From: a virus
Strand: one strand, 5' to 3'
Virus record (IMG/VR): IMGVR_UViG_3300044692_000050
Coordinates: 1-64,000 of that record
Length of the DNA stretch: 64,000 nucleotides
Position numbers and translations under genes: made by a program. Positions within the stretch are counted from its first letter, which is position 1; each line of letters begins with the position of its first letter. Below, piece by piece: positions 1-9,386 of this stretch. A model generated the notes under the pieces. It worked only from the letters and a program-made list of their open reading frames with translations. It searched no databases and was not told the origin of the DNA.

Positions 1-11
1 GGGGGGGGGGC

Positions 12-35
12 GGGGCGGGGGTGGCCCCCCGCCCC
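12..35 (-). terminator. GC-rich hairpin, probable terminator of the 46..816 gene
   Basis: GGGGCGGGGG-TGGC-CCCCCGCCCC inverted repeat directly after the stop codon; at the window edge. Confidence 0.45.
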
Positions 36-45
36 CCACGTCTGG

Positions 46-816
46 CTAGCGCAGGACGCCGAAGTCAGCGCCCCATAGCTGCGTGTCATCCACCGAGGCG
101 ATCGGCGTGCCGATGCCGTGCGAGAACCCGGTCAGGTTGCTGACGAGGAGCTGCGGACGCGGCTTGTCGGTCGGGAAGCCGTTGGCCGGGTAGGTCAGCA
201 CGAACGGGTGCGAGAAATTGGTGTCGCTTCCGTTGATCAGCGGCACGTAGCCGAGGTTCAGCGTGGCCGGGGAGTCGTTCACGTCCACGATCCACACCGT
301 CTTGGCGGAGACGCCGCACGGCTGCAGGGTCACGCCCTCGCCCCGGACGGCAGTGGCCGCCACTCCCACGCACAGGCCGGAGTCCACGCCGTAAGGCGAG
401 TACTCCACTTCGATCGCCGGGTCGTCTACGCCGGGGTTGAGCGTGCTGCAGTGGATGTTCGCGCCCTGCACCGTCGGGGCGGACGTGCAGCCGTAGTGCA
501 GCGCCACCGCGGACGACACCAGGCCCGCGGCGTAGAAGTCCGACGTGCTGCCCTGGAGGGAGGGAACGAAGTCCTCGGCCGGGTCCGTGTTGCTGGTCCG
601 GTAGAGGATGATCGGCTGGCCAACGTGCGCCCCTTGCCTCAGGACGTCGAGGACGTAGTTCGGGGTGTGGTGCGTCCCGAACGCGCGGGAGAAGATGTCG
701 ATGCAGTCGTGACCGCAGCTGGGTGTGGCCGCGCTCGCGGTGAGCGCTCCCGACGCTGCGGCGGAAGCCAGGACCACAGCAGCGGCCCCGGCGATGAACT
801 TGTTACGGATGGACAT
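46..816 (-). CDS. Secreted protein with ricin-B/beta-trefoil-like motifs
   Basis: Signal peptide MSIRNKFIAGAAAVVLAS...ASA; SGLCVGV...VTLQPCG...W and terminal QLW motifs. Confidence 0.7.
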   Translation of the reverse strand: MSIRNKFIAGAAAVVLASAAASGALTASAATPSCGHDCIDIFSRAFGTHHTPNYVLDVLRQGAHVGQPIILYRTSNTDPAEDFVPSLQGSTSDFYAAGLVSSAVALHYGCTSAPTVQGANIHCSTLNPGVDDPAIEVEYSPYGVDSGLCVGVAATAVRGEGVTLQPCGVSAKTVWIVDVNDSPATLNLGYVPLINGSDTNFSHPFVLTYPANGFPTDKPRPQLLVSNLTGFSHGIGTPIASVDDTQLWGADFGVLR

Positions 817-905
817 GGATACCTCTCGGTTGGTGACGCACCCCCTGCAGGCGCGTCCTCGGAGTCCGGGATTGGGGAACCGCTCCCGGTGGCGGGGGCT
901 TGTGG

Positions 906-1739
906 TTAGGCGGTCTCGCCGAGATCAAGCAGCGACAGTGGTTCATGCGGTGCCTGACTTGCTGTCGCCGGCTCGAGCGCCCCTTGCTGCAGCTTGCGCG
1001 CCGCCTGCTCGCACCAGCGCTCATCGGAATCAATGCCGATCACGGGGAGGCCGAGGTTGCGGGCGGCGACGAGGCTCGAGCCAGCGCCCGCGCACGGATC
1101 GAGCACAGGCAGGCCGGGCGTGGCCACGACCGACAGGAGCGTCTGCAGCAGCGGTAGCGGCTTCTCAGTCGGATGCACCCGCTGGGACTCGTGGACGGCC
1201 GGGAAGCGGAGCACGTTGCCCACGTCACGCCGCTGCGGGTCGACGGGATTCCCGGCCGACATGTGCACGATGAACTCGTGCTGGTTGCGGAAGATGGCCC
1301 CCATGCCGAACGCCTGCTTGTCCCAGACGAGGATCGGGTGCTGCCGCAGGTCGGCGGATTCCAGCGCGGCGGCGAGGTTCGCGGCCATCCGCCAGTCGAT
1401 GAACGCCAGGGCGTGGCCGCCGCGGATCAGGATGCGCCGCCACTGCAAGCCGCACTGCCGCATGAACCAGACGAAGCCCTGGGTGCTCATCGCGTCTCCG
1501 TGGATCCAGCTCTCATCGGTGTAGCGGTCGCTGCGGAGCATCGACTTGCGGACGCTGCGGGCGTTCTCCCGCCGCCCGCCGCTCGAGTAGGGCGGATCGA
1601 TCAGGACCGCGCCAATCGAGCCCGGCGCCATCGCTGCCATGATCTCGAGGCAGTCGCCGTGGTACAGCGTGACGCTCTCGTCCCTGTAATACGGCTCCGG
1701 CCCCTCCCCCTCCCCAAGGGGGGAGACTGAGCCGCTCAT
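906..1739 (-). CDS. DNA N6-A/N4-C methyltransferase (beta class)
   Basis: LYHGDCLE, DPPY, HPTEKP and VLDPCAGAGS motifs; ATGA overlap with upstream gene fixes start at 1739. Confidence 0.92.
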   Translation of the reverse strand: MSGSVSPLGEGEGPEPYYRDESVTLYHGDCLEIMAAMAPGSIGAVLIDPPYSSGGRRENARSVRKSMLRSDRYTDESWIHGDAMSTQGFVWFMRQCGLQWRRILIRGGHALAFIDWRMAANLAAALESADLRQHPILVWDKQAFGMGAIFRNQHEFIVHMSAGNPVDPQRRDVGNVLRFPAVHESQRVHPTEKPLPLLQTLLSVVATPGLPVLDPCAGAGSSLVAARNLGLPVIGIDSDERWCEQAARKLQQGALEPATASQAPHEPLSLLDLGETA

Positions 1740-2035
1740 GCGGCACCAGCGTGCGGCTCGCTGCTGCGTTCCGCGAGGCGGCGCGTTACGAGCTCGGCGT
1801 CGGTCGCGAACAGGAACTCCAGCGGGATACCCAGCCCCTCGAACAGGGCGGCCTTGGTGACGATGTACGCACCCGGACCCCTGCCCTTCCGCTGGACCTT
1901 GCACGGGAAATCCCCCGCGCGCTGGAGCTCATGGGACTTGGTGCGGCCGTAGCCGAACGCCCGGCCGGCCACCTCGAGCTTGAAAGCAGGCGGCAAGGCC
2001 AGGATCTCGGCCATGGTGAGCTGATTACTGATCAT
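1736..2035 (-). CDS. Excisionase-like HTH protein
   Basis: LPPAFKLEVAGRAFGYGRTKSHEL...GDFPCKV motif typical of actinomycete Xis; divergent from XRE-int; GGGAAGG RBS. Confidence 0.75.
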   Translation of the reverse strand: MISNQLTMAEILALPPAFKLEVAGRAFGYGRTKSHELQRAGDFPCKVQRKGRGPGAYIVTKAALFEGLGIPLEFLFATDAELVTRRLAERSSEPHAGAA

Positions 2036-2059
2036 GGAGCCTTCCCGGCAGTCGCGATG

Positions 2060-2195
2060 TACGCATGGAAGCGGACCAGTCCCCGGCTTCCCGTCCGAGA
2101 CCAGACAACCAATGCGTGCCGCGATTGTCAAGCTGCATGCCGGAACACGCCGCAAACTCTGGTTCCATGCGTAGTTCCTGCGCTAGCATCGGCGC
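2060..2195. promoter_or_regulatory. Divergent xis/XRE control region with 11-bp inverted repeat and leaderless promoter
   Basis: TACGCATGGAA (2060-2070) and TTCCATGCGTA (2163-2173); TAGCAT-N6-ATG at 2184-2198. Confidence 0.6.
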
Positions 2196-2795
2196 ATGGA
2201 CTCGACAGAAAGCGTCACCGTGGGCAAACGCCGGCTGGTGACGATGAATCAGATCGTCGCCTGGAACATGGCCTGGTACCGCCGCGAAGCAGGGATGACT
2301 CAGCAGCAGGTCGGCGACCACCTCGGATGGACCGCCCGCGCCGTATCCGAGGCCGAGCGGTCATGGGACAGCGGCAGGACGCGCGAATTCGACGCCCAGC
2401 TTCTGGCCGACCTCGCCGCGATCTTCGAGGTGCCCGTGATCGCGTTCTTCCTGCCGCCCGACGAGACCGACGGAGAGCTGCGCTACCCGTCGCCCGGGTC
2501 TGCCGGCGAACTGGACATGACGGATCTCATGTGGATCGTCATGCATGACAACGACAGCGAAGGCCCGGCGATGGAGGCGTTCCGCACCCGCATCCTCACC
2601 GCCGCCCGGGCCCGGCTGACGCCGGAGTGGGCGGAAGAAGTGGCCCGCTGGCTGAAGAAAGTCACCCCGGACTCCTTCATCGAGGACCAGGCCGCCATCT
2701 GGGAGTCCGAGGAGGCGTCCCTTGAGCGATCCCGAGACCGGGCCGGCCAGATGGCGCGAGCGCTCAGGGCCGTGCTGAAGGGCGAGCTGAAGTGA
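2196..2795 (+). CDS. XRE-family HTH regulator coupled to integrase
   Basis: YRREAGMTQQQVGDHLGWTARAVSEAERS HTH; GTGA overlap with int. Confidence 0.85.
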   Translation: MDSTESVTVGKRRLVTMNQIVAWNMAWYRREAGMTQQQVGDHLGWTARAVSEAERSWDSGRTREFDAQLLADLAAIFEVPVIAFFLPPDETDGELRYPSPGSAGELDMTDLMWIVMHDNDSEGPAMEAFRTRILTAARARLTPEWAEEVARWLKKVTPDSFIEDQAAIWESEEASLERSRDRAGQMARALRAVLKGELK

Positions 2796-4192
2796 AAGGC
2801 GACTCCATATACAAGCGGTGCAAGTGCAAGGATCCGGAGACCAAGAAGGAACTCGGCTCCGACTGCCCCGATCTGAAGCGCAAGGACGGGACGTGGAGTT
2901 CCAGGCACGGAACGTGGTACTTCTCGCTCGAGCTGCCGAAGGGTCCGGGTAATAAACGGCAGCCGAGGATGCGCCGCGGCGGGTTTGACAAGCGCGAGGA
3001 CGCCGAGGAGGCCCGCGAGAAGGCGCTGGCCGTCCTGCGCGAGGGCGTCGACCCGTCGAACCGGATGACGGTCGGCGCCTACCTGACCGAGTGGCTAGCC
3101 GGCCGCGTCAACCTGAAAGCAACCACGCGGCATAACTACGAGGCCAGCGTCAATACCTACCTGATCCCCCTGCTCGGCCACATCGAGCTCCAGCGGCTGA
3201 CGCCCCTGCACATCTCGCGCGCCTTCGCCACGATCCGCGAGTGGAACGACGACCTCGCCGCAGGGCGGCCGGTGCGGAAGTTCCAGCGCCACGTCGGCCC
3301 GGCCGCGATGCAGCGGATCCGCCACGTGCTGCGGTCCGCGCTCCGCGACGCCAAGCGCGCCCGGCTCGTCACGTACAACGCCGCCGAGGACGTGGACATG
3401 GAGCCGGAGCCGTCACGCAAGCCGGAGATCTGGACCGCCGAGCGGGTGCGGCAGTTCTGGCGCGACCACGAAGCCGCGCTCAAGCAGTCCCCGCTCACCC
3501 GCGGGGACCGGGCGTTCCTGGTGTGGCGGTCGCTCAAGCTGCGCCCGTTCCTGGTGATGATGTGGACGATCGAAGACCTCGGCGCGTTCCTGGACTACGC
3601 CGAGGGCAAGACGTTCGAGACCAGGACGCTGGCCGCGCTGTTCGAGCTCGCTGTCGCGACGGGAATGCGCCGCGGGGAACTGTGCGCGCTGCCATGGGCC
3701 AATGTCGACCTTGACAGGGGCGCGCTCTACGTCACCACGGCAGCGGTGCGGGCCGGCCGGCAGGTCATCCAGGGAGGACCGAAGACGGACAAGGGCCACC
3801 GCCGCGTCCCGCTCGCCGCGCAGGACGTGGCGCGGCTGAAGGCACACCGTGCCGCGCTGGCGAGGCAGCGGCTCGAGTACGGGCCCGGCTGGACGGAGAC
3901 AGACCTGGTGTTCACCCGGCTCGACGGCAAGCCGTGGCATCCTGACGCCATCACGAGTGCTTTCGAGCGGACGGCGTTTGCCGCGCACCTGCCGCCGGTC
4001 GGGTTCCACAGCCTGCGGCACGCGCACATCACCTACCTCTACGCGGCGAAGGTGGCCGAGCACGTGATCTCGGACCGGGTGGGCCACTCGGGCAAGAGGA
4101 TGACCCAGGCGTACGCCGCGGTGGCCGAGGAGATCTCGCACGAGGCGGCCGAGGCGGTCGCGGCGATGGTCCCGAGGCGGTCCGCGCGGTGA
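2792..4192 (+). CDS. int: Tyrosine integrase
   Basis: TGMRRGELCAL (R), PKT (K), HSLRH, RVGHS...TQAYA (H, Y); N-terminal arm-binding domain. Confidence 0.97.
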   Translation: MKGDSIYKRCKCKDPETKKELGSDCPDLKRKDGTWSSRHGTWYFSLELPKGPGNKRQPRMRRGGFDKREDAEEAREKALAVLREGVDPSNRMTVGAYLTEWLAGRVNLKATTRHNYEASVNTYLIPLLGHIELQRLTPLHISRAFATIREWNDDLAAGRPVRKFQRHVGPAAMQRIRHVLRSALRDAKRARLVTYNAAEDVDMEPEPSRKPEIWTAERVRQFWRDHEAALKQSPLTRGDRAFLVWRSLKLRPFLVMMWTIEDLGAFLDYAEGKTFETRTLAALFELAVATGMRRGELCALPWANVDLDRGALYVTTAAVRAGRQVIQGGPKTDKGHRRVPLAAQDVARLKAHRAALARQRLEYGPGWTETDLVFTRLDGKPWHPDAITSAFERTAFAAHLPPVGFHSLRHAHITYLYAAKVAEHVISDRVGHSGKRMTQAYAAVAEEISHEAAEAVAAMVPRRSAR

Positions 4193-4209
4193 GGGGCGCG
4201 GGAACAGGC

Positions 4210-4227
4210 GGACTCCATCCGGACTCC
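4210..4227 (+). repeat. Integrase arm-type site pair (left)
   Basis: GGACTCC-ATCC-GGACTCC, 11-bp period. Confidence 0.65.
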
Positions 4228-4295
4228 CCGCCTTGTCGTAAGGGGCAGGAATCCGAAACGGGAGATCGGGAAGCGCTGGTGAGACCAACAAGGAC

Positions 4296-4345
4296 TGGAG
4301 CCGGTGTCCGGGATCGAACCGGAGGCCTGCCGTTTACAAGACGGC
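4296..4345 (-). other. attP: attP core: 3' half of tRNA-Thr(UGU)
   Basis: Reverse complement GCCGT-CTTGTAA-ACGGC AGGCC TCCGG-TTCGATC-CCGGA CACCGGC T CCA; no 5' acceptor strand or D-arm; just downstream of int. Confidence 0.88.
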
Positions 4346-4481
4346 GAGTGTTCATGCCGGGACTATCCGCGAATGATTCGCTCCGTGTCGGAGGTCTCGC
4401 GTTTCTGCAGGTGGCACTATCTCGGGACCGGACTCGCGGTCCTTGGCAGGTTGCGATTGATCGGAACCTGGCGGGACATGC

Positions 4482-4499
4482 GGACCCCAAATGGACTCC
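4482..4499 (+). repeat. Integrase arm-type site pair (right)
   Basis: GGACCCC-AAAT-GGACTCC, 11-bp period, same orientation as left pair. Confidence 0.65.
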
Positions 4500-4517
4500 C
4501 CGAGAAAGGGCTGCCCG

Positions 4518-5000
4518 GTGACGCTCAACACTCAAGGCCGCCGACGTCGGCGCGCCGGAGAAGTCTCCCCGGACGGGAAGCCGGCCTGCTGGCGCTGGAA
4601 GCCGCCGACCGAGGAAACGATCGCGGCGGTGCGCGAGGAACTCCGCGCGCCCCGGCTCGCCAAGTGGGGCACCGAGGAGCGCGCCGAGTACAAGTGGGGC
4701 CCGCTCGAGCCGGAGGTCCGCTGGTACGTGATGCAGGGCTTCCAGAAAGGCCGCTGCGCCATCTGCGGCCACAGCCCGAACTACGGTCCGTCGCTGGTGA
4801 CCGATCACGATCACAAGAGCGACTTCATCCGGGGACTGCTATGTGGCCGCTGCAACACGATGGAGGGATGCCACCAAGGCGACAGCGGCATATACGCCTT
4901 GTACCGGCAGCGCCATCCCGCGATGATCTGCGGTCTGAGGTCCCGTTACACCTCGGTCGTCATCCCGCGGGGCTTTGTCCTGCCGCCGTGTCCTTGGTGA
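4518..5000 (+). CDS. Endonuclease VII-domain protein
   Basis: QKGRCAICG...LVTDHDH...IRGLLCGRCN motif. Confidence 0.85.
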   Translation: MTLNTQGRRRRRAGEVSPDGKPACWRWKPPTEETIAAVREELRAPRLAKWGTEERAEYKWGPLEPEVRWYVMQGFQKGRCAICGHSPNYGPSLVTDHDHKSDFIRGLLCGRCNTMEGCHQGDSGIYALYRQRHPAMICGLRSRYTSVVIPRGFVLPPCPW

Positions 5001-5031
5001 TGCCATCGCGGCCGTGTGCGACCCTGTCCCC

Positions 5032-5370
5032 ATGCCTCCGCCCCCGGACCCCGACCGTCTCCTCGTAGCCCAGATAACAGGTGAGGCCCTCCACCACGCC
5101 CGCCACGAACCCCCTGGAGACGCCGAACGACAGGCCGCGGTGACAGCCCTGCGCGAACTCGCCGGAGACCGCACGGACCTGCTCGCCGAAGTGGCGGGGA
5201 TCTTCGAGGGCGCGGGAGCGTCGGAACCGGATGCGGCACGCAGGCTCAACGCCGCGCGGCTGTGCCGGGATGCAGGTGCGGATGAAGCGCTGATCCCCGG
5301 CTGGGTGGAGGAAGGGAAACGCCGGGCTGAGCAAGCCAGGCAGCCGCCGTTCGGGGCGCGGGTGGTATAG
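5032..5370 (+). CDS. Hypothetical protein
   Basis: Helical, protein-like sequence; possible leaderless start. Confidence 0.6.
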   Translation: MPPPPDPDRLLVAQITGEALHHARHEPPGDAERQAAVTALRELAGDRTDLLAEVAGIFEGAGASEPDAARRLNAARLCRDAGADEALIPGWVEEGKRRAEQARQPPFGARVV

Positions 5371-5561
5371 CAGCGATGAAGATGGGGCCGGCGGGTGGTT
5401 TCCGAGTACCACATGTCCTTGCCGCTCTCGCCGGCCCCGTGGGTACCCGCGGCTCCGGTGCTGACTCTACCTGTCTCTACTGGCCTCTACCTGAAATGGA
5501 TAGGGGCGGGCGCTCACATCAGCACCCGGCCCCGGCCGGCCCCGAAAGGCCCCCAGGCCGA

Positions 5562-5933
5562 TCAGCATAGCCCGTGTACGGAGCAGCCGCCGCGATGTCC
5601 GCCGCGCTCAAGCAGTTCGGGCGGCCAGATGCACTTCGGTTCCGCGTGGAGCGCGGCCAGGTCCCCGAAGTCGTCGGCGTCCAGCCCTCCTTCCTCGGCG
5701 CGCAGGCAGGCGATGGCGTGTTCGAGCGTGCCGATGGCGTCCGCGTTGTCGATCACCTGGCTTAGCGCCTGCTGGATCAGGACTTGCGCCCGGTCGCTCC
5801 AGGCGCGGCACGTCACCAGAGCAGGGTCCTCGGTGATCCTGTCGGTACGGGGAAGCTCGAACGGGGTCATGCCGCAGCAGGGGGTGAGGCCGCCTCCGTC
5901 CGGCGGGCAGCGGTGGGTGATCTCGGTGCTCAC
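5562..5933 (-). CDS. Cys-rich hypothetical protein
   Basis: GTGA-coupled; HRCPP...TPCCG...VTC. Confidence 0.6.
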   Translation of the reverse strand: MSTEITHRCPPDGGGLTPCCGMTPFELPRTDRITEDPALVTCRAWSDRAQVLIQQALSQVIDNADAIGTLEHAIACLRAEEGGLDADDFGDLAALHAEPKCIWPPELLERGGHRGGCSVHGLC

Positions 5934-6139
5934 CGGGTAGTCCTCGCTTCCGTCATGTCGGGTGCCTCCGGCAGCAGGGTGACGCGCCCGCACCCGGAGC
6001 ACTCGATCGCCCAGCCCGGTTCGCCGATCTTGCCGTCCTGGCCGCGGGGTGCGGTGTACCAGCACACCCGGAACAGGGTCTCTGAGCAGGACCGGCAGGC
6101 GTACGTCCAGGCGGTGTTGGCCGGGGCCTCAGCGCTCAC
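5930..6139 (-). CDS. Zn-ribbon small protein
   Basis: CRSC...CSGC; GTGA-coupled. Confidence 0.55.
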   Translation of the reverse strand: MSAEAPANTAWTYACRSCSETLFRVCWYTAPRGQDGKIGEPGWAIECSGCGRVTLLPEAPDMTEARTTR

Positions 6140-6387
6140 TCGGCCGGCTCCCATGGCCCGTAGGTCACCGTGCGGCGGACGAGAGAGTGAGGGACGCCTG
6201 CCCGCTCGTAATCCTCGGCCAGTTCGCGGGAGATCTGCTCGGCCTCGGGTCCGGTCCCGCGGATAGCGACGCGTCCAGTAACCGGGTCGTAGCGGTTGCC
6301 CCACTCGGTCACCACAGTCTCGGCGCGGCCCATCACGATGTCCTCGGCGGCGTCCAGCCCGGAGGTCAGGTCAGGCTCAGGGGGCAT
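6136..6387 (-). CDS. Hypothetical protein
   Basis: Coupled ORF in leftward operon. Confidence 0.6.
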   Translation of the reverse strand: MPPEPDLTSGLDAAEDIVMGRAETVVTEWGNRYDPVTGRVAIRGTGPEAEQISRELAEDYERAGVPHSLVRRTVTYGPWEPAE

Positions 6388-6694
6388 CGGGTAGTTCCTC
6401 GTCCACCCAGTACGTCCCCCGGACCAGCGGCTGCGCGGCCTCCATGTAGGTGCGGACCTTGAGGGCTAGCTCCTGGTCGCCGAACGGGCCGAGTACCTTC
6501 TCGCCGCCAGCGGACAGAGGGTCCGTGGTGATCCACCAGCGGCCGGTTGCGCCGTCCGGCAGGTTCAGCCAGGTGCGGCCCCCGGCGTAGTCATACAGCA
6601 GCGTGTTGATCACGTCGATGACCGACCGCTGCTCCTGGTTGGCGCGCTCGGCCGCTGCCTGTAGCGCGTCGTTGCTGATGTTCACGTCAACCAT
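6377..6694 (-). CDS. Hypothetical protein, possible N-terminal ribbon-helix-helix
   Basis: VDVNISNDALQAAAERANQEQRSVIDVINTLL. Confidence 0.6.
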   Translation of the reverse strand: MVDVNISNDALQAAAERANQEQRSVIDVINTLLYDYAGGRTWLNLPDGATGRWWITTDPLSAGGEKVLGPFGDQELALKVRTYMEAAQPLVRGTYWVDEELPDAP

Positions 6695-7043
6695 TGCTGT
6701 TCTCTTTTCCGGTCAGGGCGTCGGTGATGGCCTCGCAGACCTTGGCGGGGTCGAGGTTCCAGGCGGTATCCCTGAAGCTGTCGGTGTCCACCTCGTACTC
6801 CTCGCGGACGGAACGAGCGTTGTCCGCCAGTTTCAGTACCGCCTCCAGGGCAGCGAGGAGGGGCGGTACGTCGAACGACGATGCCAGTCGCGCCAGGATC
6901 GCGGGCCGTGCGGCTACCTCAGGTACATCCGTTCCGGCCGCCTCGATGGCAGCGTCGGCGAGTTGCGCCGATGTCTCGCTGGCGGCTTCGGCGCGTTCCC
7001 GGATCTTCTCCAGGAGGGAGGACGGGTCTGCGGGCTCAGGCAT
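6687..7043 (-). CDS. Hypothetical protein
   Basis: LEKIRERAEAA...DVPPLLAALEAVL, a common actinophage motif. Confidence 0.6.
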   Translation of the reverse strand: MPEPADPSSLLEKIRERAEAASETSAQLADAAIEAAGTDVPEVAARPAILARLASSFDVPPLLAALEAVLKLADNARSVREEYEVDTDSFRDTAWNLDPAKVCEAITDALTGKENSNG

Positions 7044-7245
7044 TGCGGGTCTCCACGAGGTAGGTGAACACGATCTCGTCATCGTGCGCGGAGACGGTCA
7101 CTGTGTCGTCCCAGCGGCGCCGGTCCTCGGGCAGTTCGTTCTCGATCACGTCGAGCACCCGGCGGACCTGGGACCAGTTCGTCGGGGACGGCAGCGTGTA
7201 CTGCTTGGTCGTCGTGACGACCGTGCGGAATGACCAGTCGGCCAT
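7036..7245 (-). CDS. Hypothetical protein
   Basis: AAGGAG RBS, coupled. Confidence 0.6.
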   Translation of the reverse strand: MADWSFRTVVTTTKQYTLPSPTNWSQVRRVLDVIENELPEDRRRWDDTVTVSAHDDEIVFTYLVETRNA

Positions 7246-7248
7246 TTC

Positions 7249-7581
7249 CTAGTCTCCTTCCACGCCGGGCCGGTAGCCGCCGATGAAGCCGTCGTCGCGG
7301 GGATCTCCGTCAGGGAACCAGCCGTCGTCGCAGGTGACATCGGGGCGGGGAAGCTCGGTGTAGTGCTGCACTCCCCACGGCGGCTTGCGGTCGTCTGCGG
7401 TCACTCCGCAGCACGGGGCCTTCCACATGGAGCAGTCGGTGTAGCGGGCGGTCACGGTGACCTTGCCGAGGTCGTAGATTCCGCCGCACCAGCGGCAGCG
7501 GACAGGGGACTGCATGCCCTCGGTCTGCGCGTACATGGCGTCGTCGTAGCGCTGGCGGAACCAGTAGTCGCCCTCGGTCAT
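7249..7581 (-). CDS. Zn-binding hypothetical protein
   Basis: CRWC...PCC; GAGGAGG RBS. Confidence 0.6.
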   Translation of the reverse strand: MTEGDYWFRQRYDDAMYAQTEGMQSPVRCRWCGGIYDLGKVTVTARYTDCSMWKAPCCGVTADDRKPPWGVQHYTELPRPDVTCDDGWFPDGDPRDDGFIGGYRPGVEGD

Positions 7582-7853
7582 GGCAGGTCCTCCTCGGGGA
7601 TCACGTGGTACAGGCCGCCGGACTCGGCGTACTTGAGGATCATGTTCCCGTCGCGGTCCCGGCCGGAGTAGGCCCAGCCGCGCCCCGGCCAGCCGCCCGA
7701 CATCACGGCCTCATCGACGGCTTTGGCGGCCGCTTCCCAGACCTCGCGCTCGGGCTGGCGGACATCGCTCCACGGCCGGTTGCCTTCGAGGTAGTCGCGG
7801 TGGGCCTCGAACGCGATCTGGCCCAGCGTCTTGCCGACTGCGGGGTCGGTCAT
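7578..7853 (-). CDS. Hypothetical protein
   Basis: LGQIAFEA...WEAAAKA motif; ATGA-coupled. Confidence 0.6.
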   Translation of the reverse strand: MTDPAVGKTLGQIAFEAHRDYLEGNRPWSDVRQPEREVWEAAAKAVDEAVMSGGWPGRGWAYSGRDRDGNMILKYAESGGLYHVIPEEDLP

Positions 7854-8140
7854 GGGGTCTCCTCGGTGAAGGTGCGGTGCTGCGGCAGGCCGAGATGGGC
7901 GCGCAGCCACCGGCAGCGGGCGCACTCGCGCCGGCCGGCCCAGCAGTCGAACGCCTCAGCGCCGGGGATCTCGCGCTTCGGGGCGGCGTCCGGGTCGTGC
8001 TCGCTGTAGTCGCCGTAGAACGGCTGAAGGGGGCCGCTTTCCGGGCAGTCGAGCGGTTCGCCGGAGGCGTGGGCGCGGCGGACGGCGGCTTCGGCTGCGG
8101 CCCGCTCGGGGGTGGTCCCGGTGTCGGGAGTGGTGGTCAT
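7850..8140 (-). CDS. Hypothetical protein
   Basis: ATGA-coupled. Confidence 0.55.
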   Translation of the reverse strand: MTTTPDTGTTPERAAAEAAVRRAHASGEPLDCPESGPLQPFYGDYSEHDPDAAPKREIPGAEAFDCWAGRRECARCRWLRAHLGLPQHRTFTEETP

Positions 8141-8481
8141 GGCTTCTCTCCTTCGGTAACGGAAGCCCCGAACCGGGCCGCCTCGCGCTCTATGTCCGGT
8201 ACCTCTTCCCCGGACTCCAGCACCAGCGACACGGCGCGCTGAAGGCGGTTGATGAGCAACAATGCCTCTTCCGGGGAAAGCAGGACGCTGGCGTTGTTCT
8301 CCACCCCGGCGTCGATCATCAGGCCCACCATGCCGGGGTCGTGGCCGGGGTTGCCGCAGTCGTCGCAACTGAACGAGCCGTCGGGGAGATAGACGTGCTC
8401 CACGGTGATATCGGCCTCGGTGGCTTCTGAGTAGAGGCGCCCTATAGTGCGGGTGCGGAGCTGGGCCGCGGGGTCGGTCAT
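8137..8481 (-). CDS. Hypothetical protein
   Basis: ATGA-coupled; CDDC motif. Confidence 0.6.
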   Translation of the reverse strand: MTDPAAQLRTRTIGRLYSEATEADITVEHVYLPDGSFSCDDCGNPGHDPGMVGLMIDAGVENNASVLLSPEEALLLINRLQRAVSLVLESGEEVPDIEREAARFGASVTEGEKP

Positions 8482-8696
8482 AGTTCGCGCTCCTCGCTTG
8501 CGGCGTAAGCCTTGAGGCACGTCTTGCACGTGGCCTCGGCCGGGCTTGTCGTGGTCGGCGCGCTGAAGGTGACGCCACCTCGGCCGCACCATGTCTGGTT
8601 GCCGGGGATCAGCCAGTCGAGCAGATGGACCGGGCGGGGCGGCTGGCCCCTCGTCGCTCTCGCTGCGTCTGTGGCGCGCTGGAGTCCTTGCGTCAT
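8478..8696 (-). CDS. Zn-finger small protein
   Basis: VH...WCG...ATCKTC. Confidence 0.55.
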   Translation of the reverse strand: MTQGLQRATDAARATRGQPPRPVHLLDWLIPGNQTWCGRGGVTFSAPTTTSPAEATCKTCLKAYAASEEREL

Positions 8697-8799
8697 TTCA
8701 CGCTGCCGCCTTCCTGGTGAATCGGGGCCGGTTCCAGTCGCCTGGGCGTTCGGATACAGGAACCGGCAAGCTCTACCGCCAGCCTGAGATGAGTCCCGG

Positions 8800-8994
8800 T
8801 CATCGCGCGGACTCCATGCCGGCGCACCGGGTCACGGGGTAGTGCTCGGCGTAGACCCACCAGTCGTCGTTGCCGATGTCACTGCCGGGCGGGATCGCGG
8901 TGCGGCTGTACTGCTGGCCCGGCTGGATCGTGGTGCCGCACGAGTTGCACTTGCGCGCCTTGCGGGCGGTGCGGAGAGTCGTGATGACGGCCAT
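8800..8994 (-). CDS. Zn-finger small protein
   Basis: RTARKARKCNSCG..IQPGQQY motif common in phages. Confidence 0.65.
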   Translation of the reverse strand: MAVITTLRTARKARKCNSCGTTIQPGQQYSRTAIPPGSDIGNDDWWVYAEHYPVTRCAGMESAR

Positions 8995-9152
8995 TACGCC
9001 TTCCTTTCCAGCCTCGCCAGTACCCGATCCGCCACGCTGGTCCCAGGAGGTGCGTCGGGGAGACGCTTGGCGAACGTGGGGTCGGCGCTGTAGTCGGTGA
9101 TCTGCCGTCCGGTCTTGGGAGGGAGGGCCGGGGGGTCGGGGGTGTGCATGGC

Positions 9153-9386
9153 TCAGACCTCCGGCGCGTTCAGGATCATGACGATGGCCTCGGTCTTGGC
9201 GCGGGACAGGCCGCGCATGATCACGAACTGGCCCTCGCTGCCATCGGGGCGGCGGATTAGCTGCATGACCTCGAAGTGCCCGGTGCCGGTGCAGTTGTGG
9301 CCCACGTCGTAGCGGACCTCCGCGAGAGTGGCCTCGGGCGGAACGATGTCAGCGACGGTGAGTGAAAGCTTGCCGATGCGGCTCAT
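9153..9386 (-). CDS. Hypothetical protein
   Basis: GGAG RBS. Confidence 0.55.
   Translation of the reverse strand: MSRIGKLSLTVADIVPPEATLAEVRYDVGHNCTGTGHFEVMQLIRRPDGSEGQFVIMRGLSRAKTEAIVMILNAPEV

Noticed and set aside
1-10. Poly-G tract as a functional element (G-quadruplex or phase variation)
   Set aside because: At the window edge; could be an assembly or sequencing artefact or part of the terminator hairpin
4296-4375. Complete tRNA-Thr gene
   Set aside because: Only anticodon arm, T arm and 3' acceptor strand are present; upstream sequence has no GCCGGTG 5' strand or D-arm, so it is called as attP core
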